This document shows positions 48,983 through 62,320 of a stretch of 64,000 nt of DNA, one piece after another. The notes beneath the pieces were generated by a model, which was not told where the DNA came from, did not search any database, and worked only from the letters and a program-made list of their open reading frames with translations. This DNA comes from Octopus sinensis. Taxonomy: Eukaryota. Where the stretch lies: positions 32,674,001-32,738,000 of the forward strand of contig NC_043013.1 of the NCBI RefSeq assembly GCF_006345805.1, written 5' to 3'. Position 1 is the first letter of the stretch. The number at the start of each line of letters is the position of its first letter. Made by a program: the position numbers and the translations under genes.

Positions 48983-49442
48983 CATATGTGTGTATGAAAA
49001 TTAGATGAACAATCCTTATACACACTTGGAGACTGGTACACAGACATACACACAAACATATACTTACTCACACGATACACGCACACCCACATATATACAT
49101 GAGTGCGCGCACACACACACACGCACATACGCACTCACACACGCACTCGCACACACACACATACAACACAAATCAACACAGTGCTGTTTATTATTTGCTT
49201 ATTTCTCAGTTTCCCATAATTCCATTTAATCCTTCCGCCCGATGAACCTTTGCCCGGAGAGGAAACCGGGGCGTTATCATTAACTTCACTGAACACGGGA
49301 AGGTCACGGAATTGGAATAAACCGAAAATAGAATAGCAATTGTAGTTAATAAAATTGACCCATTATTCTCAAGACTCCATAGAGGGCAAGACATGTTATT
49401 CTAATCTGATATATGTATATATATATATATATAATATATATA

Positions 49443-49517
<75 letters not shown>

Positions 49518-49540
49518 AATTATATATATATATATATATA

Positions 49541-49596
<56 letters not shown>

Positions 49597-49708
49597 TATA
49601 TATATGTATATATATATGTATATATATATGTATATATGTGTGTGTATATATATATATGTATATACTATGTGTGTATATATATATATGTATACTATATATA
49701 ATATATTA

Positions 49709-49741
<33 letters not shown>

Positions 49742-49883
49742 TATATATATATTCGTATATATTATACATATATATACTGATATATATATATACATATGTA
49801 TATATATATATATGTATATATATATATGTGTGTGTGTGTGTATACACACATATATATATATTTATGCATATATATCATATATA

Positions 49884-49921
<38 letters not shown>

Positions 49922-50047
49922 AATATATGAATATACATAGATACTTACACGCATATATCAATATATATATATATATGTATCGATATGTGTGTATATGTAT
50001 ATACATATGTATGTATCTATATATGTATGTATATATATATATATACG

Positions 50048-50080
<33 letters not shown>

Positions 50081-50545
50081 CACACATATATAGGAAGATA
50101 TATCTTATGTAGTTTATTAAAAAACGTTCTCTTACTCTCACTCGCATTGTCCCTGTTTGTCTCTCCTTCTGTTTCTTACCCTTTCTTTTCCACACACACA
50201 TATATGTATGTTTATTTATATTTTTCGTGTATTATCCAATTTAATGAATTTGTCGTCTGTATATATATATATAAAAATAAAAGTACAAATAAATACATGA
50301 CCCCCCCCCCCAAAAAAAAATAATGAATAAATGTGCATACAAAAATCTTTATGGAAATAACATAAAAAATGAAATAAAAATAGATATAAGTATATATGTA
50401 TATATGTATGTATATATATATATATATACACACATATACGTATATAAATAAATAAATATATATATATGATATAATAATGAAAATTAAACGTATTTACAAA
50501 AATATATATTAATGAAATATATATTCATGAAAATTAGTATACATG

Positions 50546-50583
<38 letters not shown>

Positions 50584-50690
50584 ATCCAAACAAGAAAACA
50601 AAAAAAAAACAACAAAAAAAACACAACAACGCGAGGTCGTGGAACAAATAAAGTATTATTGGACGCTCAGGAAAGAAGGGAAGAAGGAGG

Positions 50691-50725
50691 GTTTAACGTT
50701 TCGAGCCGAGCTCTTCGTCGGAAAC
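50691..50725 (-). ncRNA. Minimal hammerhead-like motif (U4C core variant)
   Basis: GUUU-CCGACGA-A-GAGC UCG GCUC-GAAA-CG-U-U-AAAC; helices I and II pair perfectly. Confidence 0.5.
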
Positions 50726-50760
50726 ATAGGAGAAGGAAAGATCCCGAGAAGGGAAGACAG

Positions 50761-50846
<86 letters not shown>

Positions 50847-50909
50847 TATATAATATATATACATACATATATATATATAATTATATATATATATATATAT
50901 ATATTTATG

Positions 50910-50949
<40 letters not shown>

Positions 50950-51274
50950 CAAACACACACAGACACGTGCACACTCATAGACACACATATACGCACACAG
51001 ATACCCACAAATGTATACATACACGTACCTTTTGTCCTCTATTTTTTTTACTGGCTTTTGTCCTTGAACTACAGCCATATTTTTGTTGTTTTTGTAAAAT
51101 CTCAGAAAATAATTAAAAATTCACATTTTTTATCAAATTATTTTGTTATATTTGTCTATCTATCCAACTGTAAACATTTTACATATTTCACTAACTTTTT
51201 GAAAGAGTTTTAGTCGAATAAATCTACGAAAGTATTAATTCTTTTAAAGTCTGGCATTTCTTCTACTGGACTCT

Positions 51275-51550
51275 TTTGTCGAACAGCTAAGTTTCGGGGA
51301 CGTTAACAAACTAACACCGGTTGTTATGCAGTGAGGAGACAGGCACAAATACAATAACACACACGCACATACACATCTATACACACAAGGGGGCGGATAG
51401 CTTCTTTCAGTATTTATCAATCAAACCCAGTTACAAGTCTTTGGTCGGCCCGGGTCTACAGTAGAAGTCACTCGCCCAAGAGGCTACGCAGTCGGACTGA
51501 ACTAAAAAACATGCGGCTGGTAAGCAAACTTCTTACCACATAGTTGCGCA
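51275..51550 (-). mobile_element. Diverged SINE family A
   Basis: Family A motifs. Confidence 0.65.
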
Positions 51551-51718
51551 TGCGCATGATAATGAAGTTCACAATGGTGCCACGAGATTGTTGTGCTTTC
51601 CAGCATTTTGATGAACCAGTAATATGTGACCGAAATGCCTTCTCATCGACCGAGACACGAGGAAAGGTTTATTTCTTTCATACTTTCACATCATCCTGGG
51701 CCATCTTCTTTATAATAT

Positions 51719-51987
51719 GGATCTGATCATTTGTCCTGTACGACGTGAATATGCCTTGGATCTGATCATTTGTCTTGTACGACGTGAATATTCCTCGGAT
51801 CTGATCATTTGTCCTGTGCGACGGGAATATGCCTTGGATTTGATCGTTTGTCTTGCACGACGTGAATATACCTCGGATCTGATCATTTGTCCTGTGCGAC
51901 GGGGATATGCCTTGGATCTGATCATTTGTCCTGTACGATGGGAATATGCCTAGGATCTCATCATTTGTCCTGTGCGATGTGAATATG
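51719..51987. repeat. 39-bp minisatellite, about 7 copies
   Basis: GGATCTGATCATTTGTCCTGTACGACGTGAATATGCCTT units start at 51719, 51758, 51797, 51836, 51875, 51914 and 51953. Confidence 0.97.
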
Positions 51988-52547
51988 TCCCCATCCCACC
52001 CACTTCCACTTTACAGGAATTCCATTACTTTCGTAAATGTTCACGAATTGGCAGAGTCATTGCAGAGTCGAACAGAATACTTCACGGTATCTGTTTCGGC
52101 TCTTTGCACTCAGTTGAATTCACGCCAGGTCAAATTTGTCTCTCCTCCTTTCGGAATTAAGTAAAACAGTACAAACCCAAGATGATGGATTGTTTGAACT
52201 GTAAGAACATTGAACTGGATGCCTTGCGGTATTTGTTCCGGCTCATTGCGTTCCGGGTTCAAATCCGACTTTGGATTACTTGGGTGGAACACTCAACCTT
52301 TCATCAGGTTTGCCACTAACCCTCTCGCTACTTGGGTGCCTTTCTCGGGGTCCACTCTATTGGTAGCATTTGGACCAGGTTTCTAGATAGGATATTGCTC
52401 CTTCCTGAGTCTTATAGATTCATAAGGCCGGCTTCCTGGTTTCTGTGGCGTATATACTCCGCCTGGACTGGACGCCGGTCCGTCAAAGTCCGTCACTCAT
52501 TTTTGCCAGTGAACTGGAACATCGTGACATGCAGTGTTATGCTCAAG

Positions 52548-53010
52548 AAGGCGCATGGCTCAGTGGTTAGAGCATCGGGTTTGCAATCGTGGGTTGCGAG
52601 TTCGATTTCTGGTCCTGGCTGTGTTGTGTTCTTAAGCAAGATACATTATTTCACGTTACTCCAGGTCACTCCGCTGTAGAAATGAGATGTGATGTCATTG
52701 GTGCTAAGCTGTATCAGCCTTTGCCTTTCCCTTGGATAACATTTGTGATGAGGAGATGGCAGGCTGGTATGCATGGACAGCTACTGGACTTCCACAAACA
52801 ACCTTACTCGTTATTTGTGGGGAACTTTCTAGGGGCATTCCAATGGTCATTTGTTACCCTGCTGAAGAACACGCGTCACCCGGTCCACGAATCACGGGCG
52901 ACTGCTAGTCTTCTACAAACAATCTTACCCGGACTTGTGCCTTGGAGAGGAGCTTTCCAGGTGCAATCCTATGGCTATTTGTGACAGAAAGGTGTTTTAG
53001 ACCCTTTTTT
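52548..53010 (+). mobile_element. SINE family C with an internal rearrangement
   Basis: AGGCGCATGGCTCAGTGGTTAGAGC head, GAGTTCGATTTC B box, CORE-like body. Confidence 0.8.
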
Positions 53011-53833
53011 TTACCCTGCTTAAGAACTCAAAGTGTCACCCGGTCCAGGAATTGAAACCACAGTCTTATGATCATCTAACCACCAAGCCACGCGCCTCCA
53101 CGTCAGGTTTCTGGTTTGAGGAAAGCTTCCTCCCTCTCCGCCTCTCTCCTTTCCACTAGTCTCAGAGAACCTGTAATGGGTCATAGGCATTACTTTTCCT
53201 CTTTAATACATGATAAAAATAAAAGATCCCGCTGAACACGTCTTTGGAAAGCAGTTTATAAATTACTGACAGACAAGTGATAAGTGTGTGTGTGGGAGAG
53301 ATAGAGAGAGAGAGTGAGGGAGAGAGAGAGTGAGGGAGAGAGAGAGAAGGGGAGAGAGAGAGGGAGAGAGAGATGTGTCATAAATTGATCTTTTCTTGTG
53401 GATAATTGTTTCCCTCCTAATAACGAACCACGTCGGTACTTAGTCCGGGTTGTTTTAGTTGGGTACGGGTGGGTACAGATGGTGAGAATTGCTTGGCAGA
53501 GTCGTATGTCAAGTGACAACCATCAAAAGATTTAAATGTTGTCAATAACAGGATTATCTTGTTTCCGAAACTATTTAATGCAAATCTCAAATTAGAGATT
53601 GTAATACTTTTGAGAAAATGGTTTTTCAATTTATATTGTTGTTATATATTCTTCTAACTTGCTATTATTTATAGTATAATTACTTTCGTTTCAAAAAAAA
53701 AAAAATGGTTCTGTACAATGTTTTTAATTTTTCTTTTGTGGGTATCTCGTCTGCGTTAGTATTGTTACCACGTATTGTCTAATACGCTTATCACATTAAA
53801 AAAAAAAATGTAGTTCTGAGAGAGACAGAAAAG

Positions 53834-53864
<31 letters not shown>

Positions 53865-54199
53865 TGAGACACATACACACTCCACGTACATACACACACA
53901 CAGAAGCTTTTTTTTTAAACTATTAGAGCAAATATTTTTTCGAAGTCAAACGAATTTATAAACTTTTGAGAGAGCGTAAAATAATTCTTTTTTGGAATTG
54001 GATCTCGAAGCTGACCAAGCAGCCTTCGACTTTTTCTATCCAAAAAGGTTTTACAACCCAATATTTATAGCTTTATGTGTGCTTCAAGATCTAGTTCCAA
54101 AGCAGAAATATCTTTTTGCCTCAAGAGTAATTGCAACCGTATTTTGTCATTGTTTATACAGGAGGACTTTCTCTAAAAAAATGATCTACTTTCATCTTT

Positions 54200-54386
54200 C
54201 AGTTCTATAGTTAAGAGATGAGGAATTATGTACATTATTTACATTATTTACATTTGACGGATATTAGTCCTCATCTTCTTTGTTGTTAACACAACGTTTC
54301 GGTTGATATACCCTCCATCCTTCATCAGGTGTCTTGGGGAAGTTTCGAAACTGGGTTCTCATTCCTAAGGTATTTTTCGATGTTAC

Positions 54387-54477
<91 letters not shown>

Positions 54478-54564
54478 TATTATTATTATTCAGTAGTTTT
54501 ATTTTTATAGCGTGCTTCACTTCACTACCGAGCGCAGCTCTGTGTGCCTTAGGTATTATTATCA

Positions 54565-54612
<48 letters not shown>

Positions 54613-54725
54613 TATTATTATTGTTGTTGTTGTTGTTGTTGTTGTTGTTCAGGTCACTGCTTGAAATCGAACTCGGGAATCTTGGGGTTAGTAGCCCGCG
54701 CTCTTAACCACTACGCCATATGCCC
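54200..54725 (-). mobile_element. tRNA-headed SINE-like element with a (CAA/TAA)n linker and a hammerhead-bearing Penelope-like 3' part
   Basis: Head GGGCATATGGCGTAGTGGTTAAGAGC...GAGTTCGATTTC (A and B boxes), then the microsatellite, a body and CTGATGA...GAAACGTT. Confidence 0.65.
54288..54333 (-). ncRNA. Minimal type I hammerhead ribozyme motif
   Basis: GACAC-CUGAUGA-A-GGAUG(loop)CAACC-GAAA-CG-U-U-GUGUU; core intact, helix I 5 bp, one mismatch in helix II. Confidence 0.6.
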
Positions 54726-54727
54726 GT

Positions 54728-54857
54728 GGGCGTATGGCGAAGTGGGCACCTGCAGAAGTCTGGAGGGTATATCAGCCGAAACGTTGTGTTAACAACAAAC
54801 AAGATGAGGACAAATATCCGTCGAATGTAAATAATTTAAATAATGTAAACAATGTAC
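54728..54857 (+). mobile_element. Inverted, internally deleted second copy of the 54200-54725 element
   Basis: An 18-nt copy of the head (16/18 identical) is fused to CACCTGCAGAAGTCTGGAGGGTATATCAGCCGAAACGTTGTGTT and the same 3' sequence. Confidence 0.85.
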
Positions 54858-55026
54858 TTTCACCTTTGTCACGTAAAATATCTATTCTGCATCTTAATTT
54901 ATTCTTCTAATCGTTTATCTTAAGATTCTGATTCCTTTCTTTGTATCGATCCATTGTTTATTTAACACTACGTTTTTTTCCTCGTGATTATGCAATCTTC
55001 ACGACAATCTACAATGCGATAAACCA

Positions 55027-55277
55027 TTAGGTTGGTGCATAACTATTGTGGCCTTTTTTCAACAAATTTTATTCAACAAAAACAATAACAACAAGTAACA
55101 AAAACATCTTTAAATGATTATTCCGGAGCATATTCATCATCTACTTCAATTACTGCTTCCCATTTGCTTGGCAGATGGTCAGAACGTCATTTAAAGATGC
55201 TTTTGTTAAATATTGTTATTGTTTTTGTTGAGTAAAATTTGTTGAAAAAGAGCCGCAATAATTATGCACCAACCCAA
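55027..55277. mobile_element. mariner-derived MITE
   Basis: TT(A/G)GGTTGGTGCATAA.TATTG.GGC TIRs (Hsmar1/MADE1-like) and an internal remnant of the transposase end on - (HLPSKWEAVIEVDDEYAPE*). Confidence 0.85.
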
Positions 55278-55546
55278 TAGATTATTTCACTGGATTATCA
55301 AATATTATGATTTCAGTATTTAGCAGAGGGTTTTCTAAAGGACTATTTGTTATTCATAAAAGTTAGTTTAGTCTATTCCTCATTCTTCCACTATTTCACA
55401 CTCACACACACACACGTGGGCTCATATTTATACGTGTGCTTGTGTGTGTGTGTGTGCACGCGTGCGCGCGTGTGATATGTGTGTGTGTGTGTGTGTAGTG
55501 AGAAACGTAGTAAACATTAATATTCCTATGCTTTAATACACAATAT

Positions 55547-55564
<18 letters not shown>

Positions 55565-55583
<19 letters not shown>

Positions 55584-55774
55584 ACTTGCTTCAGTCATTT
55601 GACTGTGGATATGCTGGAGCACCTCCTTTAGTCGAGTAAAATCGACCCCAGGACTTATTCTATCTGTCTCTTTTGCCGTATTGCTAAGTTACGGGGACGT
55701 AAACACACCAGCATCGGTTGTCAAGCGATGTTGGGGGGGCAAACACAAACACACAAGCACACACACACATATAT

Positions 55775-55816
<42 letters not shown>

Positions 55817-55977
55817 TACGTCGGGCTTCTTTCAGTTTCCGTCTACCAAATCCACTCACAAGGCTTTGGGTGACCCGAGGCTATAGTAGAAGACACTTGG
55901 CCAAGGTGCCACGCAGTGGGACTGAACCCAGAACCGTATGGCTGGTAAGTAAGCTACTTACCACACAGCCACTCCTG
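55565..55977 (-). mobile_element. SINE family A
   Basis: Collinear with the family A consensus. Confidence 0.85.
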
Positions 55978-56031
55978 CTGAAAAATCTATAGGCTGACCA
56001 AGATTCTCACAAGCAATGTGATCATCTGAGG

Positions 56032-56170
56032 CTTATTTTTTAACATAGCGGTCTCCACTTGCGCTCCGCATACTTCTTCCATCGGTATTGCAGTGCTTAC
56101 GTCCCATTGATGAAGAAGCTTCCATCCTTCTGGTAAAAAAAGTCACCGTACTTTTAAATGAGCTGGCAGC
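56032..56170 (-). mobile_element. mariner transposase C-terminal remnant
   Basis: DFFYQKDGSFFINGT*ALQYRWKKYAERK...YVKK* resembles FFxxGIxxLxxRWxKCxxxxGDYVEK*. Confidence 0.65.
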
Positions 56171-56730
56171 GCATTTTTTGGCATTGCAGCAAAAAATGTA
56201 ATATTCTAGTTGTGTCCTGGCCATATATGCTCATGGTAATGAAAATTATGCGCAAAGTGGTAAACAACAGACAATAAAATAATGAAATTATTAAGTAAAC
56301 AAATAAGAAGTATTATCAAGCAAACAGGGAAAGCGATAGAGGAAAGGACATTGAAGTAAGGTTAGGAGAAGAATCGTAAATGACATATGTATCATCGACT
56401 TCATTGTAGAATGAGACAAGTAGCTGAGACACATCCTCATACAGACGGTTATCTTCAGCTACATACATACATACATACATACATACACACACACACACGC
56501 GCGTATACATATCTTCAATCTCCCTTAACCATATTTTATTTACACAGAAAAAGAAAACAAGAAACTTACTGAAACCGGTATGTTTTTTTAATACATTTTT
56601 CATAAAGATTTTAAGAGTCAGGTGTATTTTCAACCTCAAAACCTAATTCCCTATATCCTTTATTCCGTAGAATTCAACTTTTCTCCTTGAACACACGCAC
56701 ACACACGTGTGTACGTGTGATTGTGTTTGG

Positions 56731-56761
<31 letters not shown>

Positions 56762-56803
56762 GTGTGTGTGTATGTATGTGCGTGCGTGTGCGTGCGCGCG
56801 CGC

Positions 56804-56843
<40 letters not shown>

Positions 56844-57111
56844 CGTGGAAAAGTCATTTCACACTTCTGCAGCCTGATCACTGATCCAATTCCACTGCAT
56901 CTTTACAGAAACTGTTTTCATAGCATGATGCGACGTATCTAACGCATAGTACCGTGTAACGATACAGAAGACAAACATAGCGAAAGAAAACGATACTCTA
57001 CTCAAGGTATTGAATACTTTTTCTCTCTTTCGGGAACCCACAAAAAACCCCAGAAAATGTGCATGCTTACAAACACACACACACACATGGCGATGTATAT
57101 ATGTATGTGTC

Positions 57112-57151
<40 letters not shown>

Positions 57152-57296
57152 AGTATATATACATATATACATATATATATATGTACACATATATATGTAT
57201 ATATATATATGTGTATGTATATATGCGTATATGTATATGTGTATATACATATATTTATATATAGACACACACATACATGCATATATACATTCATGC

Positions 57297-57351
<55 letters not shown>

Positions 57352-57659
57352 ATGTATGTGTGCATGTATGTATATATACATATACACACGCACGCAGTCT
57401 CACACCTTGTCTTTATATTTCTTTGGTAGTCTTTGTTGCAATCAATTAACTCTGTGTAGCGAAACAAGTTTGTGCTTGGTTGGGCCAAATAATGAATTTG
57501 TGATTAACAATTACCTTTCGTAAAGATGGCGGGCGGAGGGAGGGATGGCTTGTAGAGTCAGGGTTTAGCCTGTGTGTGGATGTGTGTGCATGTAGTTATT
57601 TGTGTGTGTGTGTGGTGGGATGGAAGGGAGCTGGTCGGTAACACATTTATTCCCTGACG

Positions 57660-58330
57660 ACACCGTGGTTCCGCCGCCGCCGCCGCCGTCACTGACATCA
57701 CTGACATTCGCTGCTACCGCCCCGTTATCGCCATTATCAGCACCACCCCCACCACTACTATCACCGACGTCACCACCGCCTCCACGACGACGACGATGAG
57801 GAGGACGTTGACCAACGTCACGACGACGACGACGGACGACGACCAGACGACGACGACGACGACGACGACACGACCACCACCACCACCACCCCTACGACAC
57901 GATCACCAGACACGACACGACCAAGACTACTATCACCACCACTACCGCCACCCCGATCTCCACCATCAACACTGCCACTACGATGACTATGACCACCGCC
58001 ACAACTACCACCACCACTACAACTACGACGACGACGACGACCACCACCATACCACTACGACCACCACCACTACCACCACCAAACCACCATAACTACCACG
58101 ACGACGACCACCACCACCACCACCACTAACACCACCTAGATCAGCTCCATCACCACTGCACCATACTACCGTAACCACTGCCCCACCATCACCATCACTA
58201 CCAACACCACCACCTCTGTTACAAGAACAACAATAACAACAACAACTACTACTAATACTACTACTACTACTGCTACTACTACCACCACCACCACCACCAC
58301 CACCACCACTACTGCTACACCACATATCAC
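57660..58330 (+). repeat. CpG-rich trinucleotide mosaic (GCC, ACG, ACC, ACT); similar fields at 60660-60970 and, reversed, 61270-61590
   Basis: Directly visible. Confidence 0.92.
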
Positions 58331-60497
58331 GCTCTTTTCGCATTTAAGTCTCCACATGGACAACCCTCCCCACTTCACTCTCTCCTCCTCCTTCCTTCCA
58401 CCTCTCGACTTCATCGCAAAATAAACTTTTACCGTACGATATGTCCCTGTGACTAATCATTTACTGACTTGGCTCTGCCTACTGATGGCTTATTGTTGTT
58501 GCTGTTGTTTAGCCCCAGGAAGGCCTCCGCCAAGCATACCCTGGTTAATGAAAGCGCGTCTTGTATATCATGCAATGGCAATCACTCTTATCGGGAAGTA
58601 ATGGTCGTCTCATCACTCAGTATTAAAGCGCCTAATCGATCAGATGTTGTTTTACTGCGGAGAAACATTTAATAATGCAGACTCTTATAACAAATCTCTT
58701 TATATGTATGAGTATGTGTATATGTATGCATGCATGCATGCAGGTATGTAGATATGTATGCATGCATGCATGTATGTATGGTATATGATGAACAAGTTTT
58801 ATCGATTTTTGACCCTTATTGGGATCTTATCAGCATTTACATCACTTGACCAATCCCATGTGCGTGTGTGTGTTTGTGTGTGTGCGTGTGTGCGTGTGTG
58901 TGCGCGCGCGTGTGTGTTGTGTATGTGTGTGTATATATATATATCTATACAGAGAGAGAGAGAGGGAGAGAGAAATATATGTATATTTGTATATATGTAT
59001 ATTTATGTATGTATAAATGTATGTATGTATCTATGTATGTGTGTGAATGTATGTATATATATATATATTATATATATATATATATTATATATAGATATAT
59101 ACATACATATGCAAGACGTGTTTCCGTTCACCAAATTCCATACACAATGTATTGGTCAACCAGAGGTTATGGTAGCGATAACTTATTGAAAGTTCCATAT
59201 CTCCGTGAGATCGACACTGTGATTTTTTAAGTCGCATAACCATGTCCGCGTCACTGCGATAGCATCGAGTGAGCTTTTGTTTCCAGCAGATCCAGCTTTA
59301 TATAGTGACTGACACTCGGCTTACACCGAGACGATTCTCACATGTTTCAACCCTATTTGCCACCCACACATACATAATGGACTCTCCCGCTTTTTGCCGA
59401 ACGACCTGCACAAATGATCCGTTTATAGAGATAAAATGCTCGTGCCGCACATTAGCTCACTCTCTCCATCAAACCGACGTTACCTGAACAGGTGCACTGT
59501 GTGCCACGCGTCAGGTATCGAAGTGATCGCAGAGCGACGTGAGATGAAGAGTTTGGCTTAAGAGCACAATGCATAAGAATATAATGTGCCACCCGGTCTA
59601 GGAATTGAAACCGCGATTTCACGATCGTAAGTGCAACGTCCAAACCACTAGACTGTGCGCCTTCACAAGAACAAATGTACGCACACACAAACTCATTCGC
59701 AGAAAGATGCCCAAATACAGAAATACACACACACACACACACCACACACACACACACACACACATACACACACAGACACACACACATGCACACACACATG
59801 CACACATTTACACACACATACACACATGTGTGGTTCAGTTTAACAAATGCCTTTTAGTTACCAAGTTGATTCTATGTCGACGGGAGCAATATGAAGAAGG
59901 GAGAGCATGAACGTTGCTATCAAATGAACGTGAAACTTAGGGAGTTGTGTGAAGCGCGCAACGATGGTAATATGCGCAAATCGGATAACGAACATAGGGA
60001 TGCTGGCAGCTTGTCTGCTCAATCCTCAGCACCCTCGTACGTGGCTGGCACTTGGAATTAAAAACGACAGAACAACCATTGGTGAATTGCAGCAAACTAA
60101 AAAAAATGTCACGTGATGGATTTGACATCTCCATATGAAAGAAACACCACGTGGTAGAACAAAACAGACACCACAAGGTTAGTTGGGTTACACCTGTCTT
60201 TGTTTTTGATGTAAGGGACTTCATGGATGATAGAAGTCAGACATTCCCTCGTAGCACCAATGCTTTTATTCCACACTCTTTTCACTTTGATTGTTCTTCC
60301 TTTATGTCTTTTTCTGGTTCTTCTTCTCTTTTCCACTGTGTTACCTCTTCTCAGGCCCTTATAATGTTTCTCGCTTCTTTCTTTATTGCCTCTTTTTCTT
60401 CCTCTACTTCACCCCCATTCTGTGTGTGTGTGTGTGTGTGTGTGTCTTACATACTTTGGTAAATTCACGCCATCTCCCCCTTAACCAACCAATCAAT

Positions 60498-60536
<39 letters not shown>

Positions 60537-61456
60537 TCTCTTTCTCTGCACGAATATTTAATGCCAACCAACCAACCGGCCAACCGGCCAGCCAACCAGC
60601 CAACCAGCCACCTTCTTCATCTTTTTACATAAACCACTTCTATCTTCTTCCCCCCTCGCATACGACGACGACGACGATGACCACCACCACCACCACCACC
60701 ACCACCACCCCACCGCCGCCGCCTCTCCCGTCTCCACCACCTCTCCTCCGCTTCCACCGTCCCCTCAGCCGCCACCGCCGCCACCACCACCGCCGCCGCC
60801 ACCGCCACCACCACCACCCCAACTGCCACCGCCCCCGCCCCCGCCCCCGCCGTAACCACCACCACCACGACTCCAATAACGATGATAATGAGAACGACCA
60901 CCAGCAACACCATAGCCACAACCGTCACCGCCGCCACAACCTGTGCCACGACCACCACCATGATACAAGCAGCAGCATCACCTTTACCTTCTCCTCCTCT
61001 CAACCGTATTTCTCCTACTACCAACTACACCCACCCCACTAATCTCCTACCCATCCCCTATCGCATCATTAGATTTAAAGCCAAAAGGTTTGGTGACATT
61101 TTGTCCATTTCTCTGCATGGCTTGACGTTCAATTTCTATCTATTTCCGATATTACTTTCTTATTGAAAACATTAGCTTCAGATTAAGCCGTAACTCTTGT
61201 TTAAATCAAACCGATTTGCTAATGTTTCAACGTAATGAGTTAGTTACAGTACTCCGATAATTCTGACCACATTGCTGCTACTGCTACTGCCGCTGCTACT
61301 GCTACTGCCGCTGCTACCACTGCGGCTATTGTTGTTGGTGACGGTGGTTGATTAATTGTTGTTGTTGGTAGTAGTGGTAATTGTGTTGTTTTGTTGTTGG
61401 TTTTCTGTGAATGTTGTACTTGTTTTGTACGCCGTCGTTGTTAAAGTTGTTGTTGG

Positions 61457-61490
<34 letters not shown>

Positions 61491-62159
61491 ATTCTTCTTG
61501 TTGTTATTGTTGCTGTAATTATTGTTATATAGGATTTTGCTGCAGTTGTTGATGTGTTTGTCATTACCGTTGTTGTTGTTGTTGTCGTCTTTCTCCTTAT
61601 TTCTTCGATCAAGATTTTCTATCGTTTATTTAAATGCTAATCATTTTATTGAGTGTACGTGTTTGTGTGAATGTATTTGTGTATCTGCTTGTGTGAATGA
61701 ATTTGTGTATGTGTACATATGTTCGGTGCACGTATGTTTATATCCACGCTTGTTAGTATTGTACTTTTAGTTTTCTTTGTAGTTGTTTCAAGTTGTTGGA
61801 CAGCCATCAGAATTATAATAAATATCAGAAAGTTATTACGATCCTTACTAAGACAGAAAACAGATGGCGCTTCGTCAAATGATTTAAGAGATAGTTGTGA
61901 TGGGACTGAGGTGTTGTATCTTGCGGAGTTGTTAATTCTTGACACAATCTCGAAAGCGCACTAACCTACATAGCTCCGGAATGTATAGAGATGATGGTTA
62001 AGCAATTTCATGAGTACGGCATGTTCTTCGAAGAATTTTATCTTCTTTCTTCTATAATTTATTTGATTGCGGAAAGGTTTAGTCCTGTGGTTCTCAAACG
62101 AGGATCTATATAAGATTTGGTGTGGGGGTCCACGCAGCAAAATAGTAAATTGGAAAGGT

Positions 62160-62320
62160 GCAGGCACGGCTGTGTGGTAAGAAGCTTGCTTCTCAACCAC
62201 ATGGTTCCAGTCTCAGTCCCACTGCGTGGCACGTTGGGAAAATGTCTTCTACTATAGCTTCGGACTGACCAAAGCCTTGTGAGTGGATTTGGTAGACGGA
62301 AACTGAATGAAGCCCGTCGT
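62160..62320 (+). mobile_element. SINE family A 5' half
   Basis: GGCACGGCTGTGTGGTAAG head through GAAGCCCGTCGT. Confidence 0.8.

Noticed and set aside
49265-49288. EVNDNAP as a protocadherin DxNDN motif
   Set aside because: The following residues do not continue a cadherin repeat; kept only as a weak generic exon candidate.
51719-51987. CRISPR-like regular repeat
   Set aside because: The units are contiguous with no unique spacers, and the context is eukaryotic.
53200-53420. Cluster of homeodomain-like sites (TTTATAAATTA, CATAAATTGAT) as an enhancer
   Set aside because: Such motifs are expected by chance in AT-rich DNA; needs conservation data.
54648-54725. Functional tRNA gene (also the other SINE heads)
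   Set aside because: A and B boxes are present, but there is no proper acceptor stem or T-run terminator and each head runs into a repeat body.
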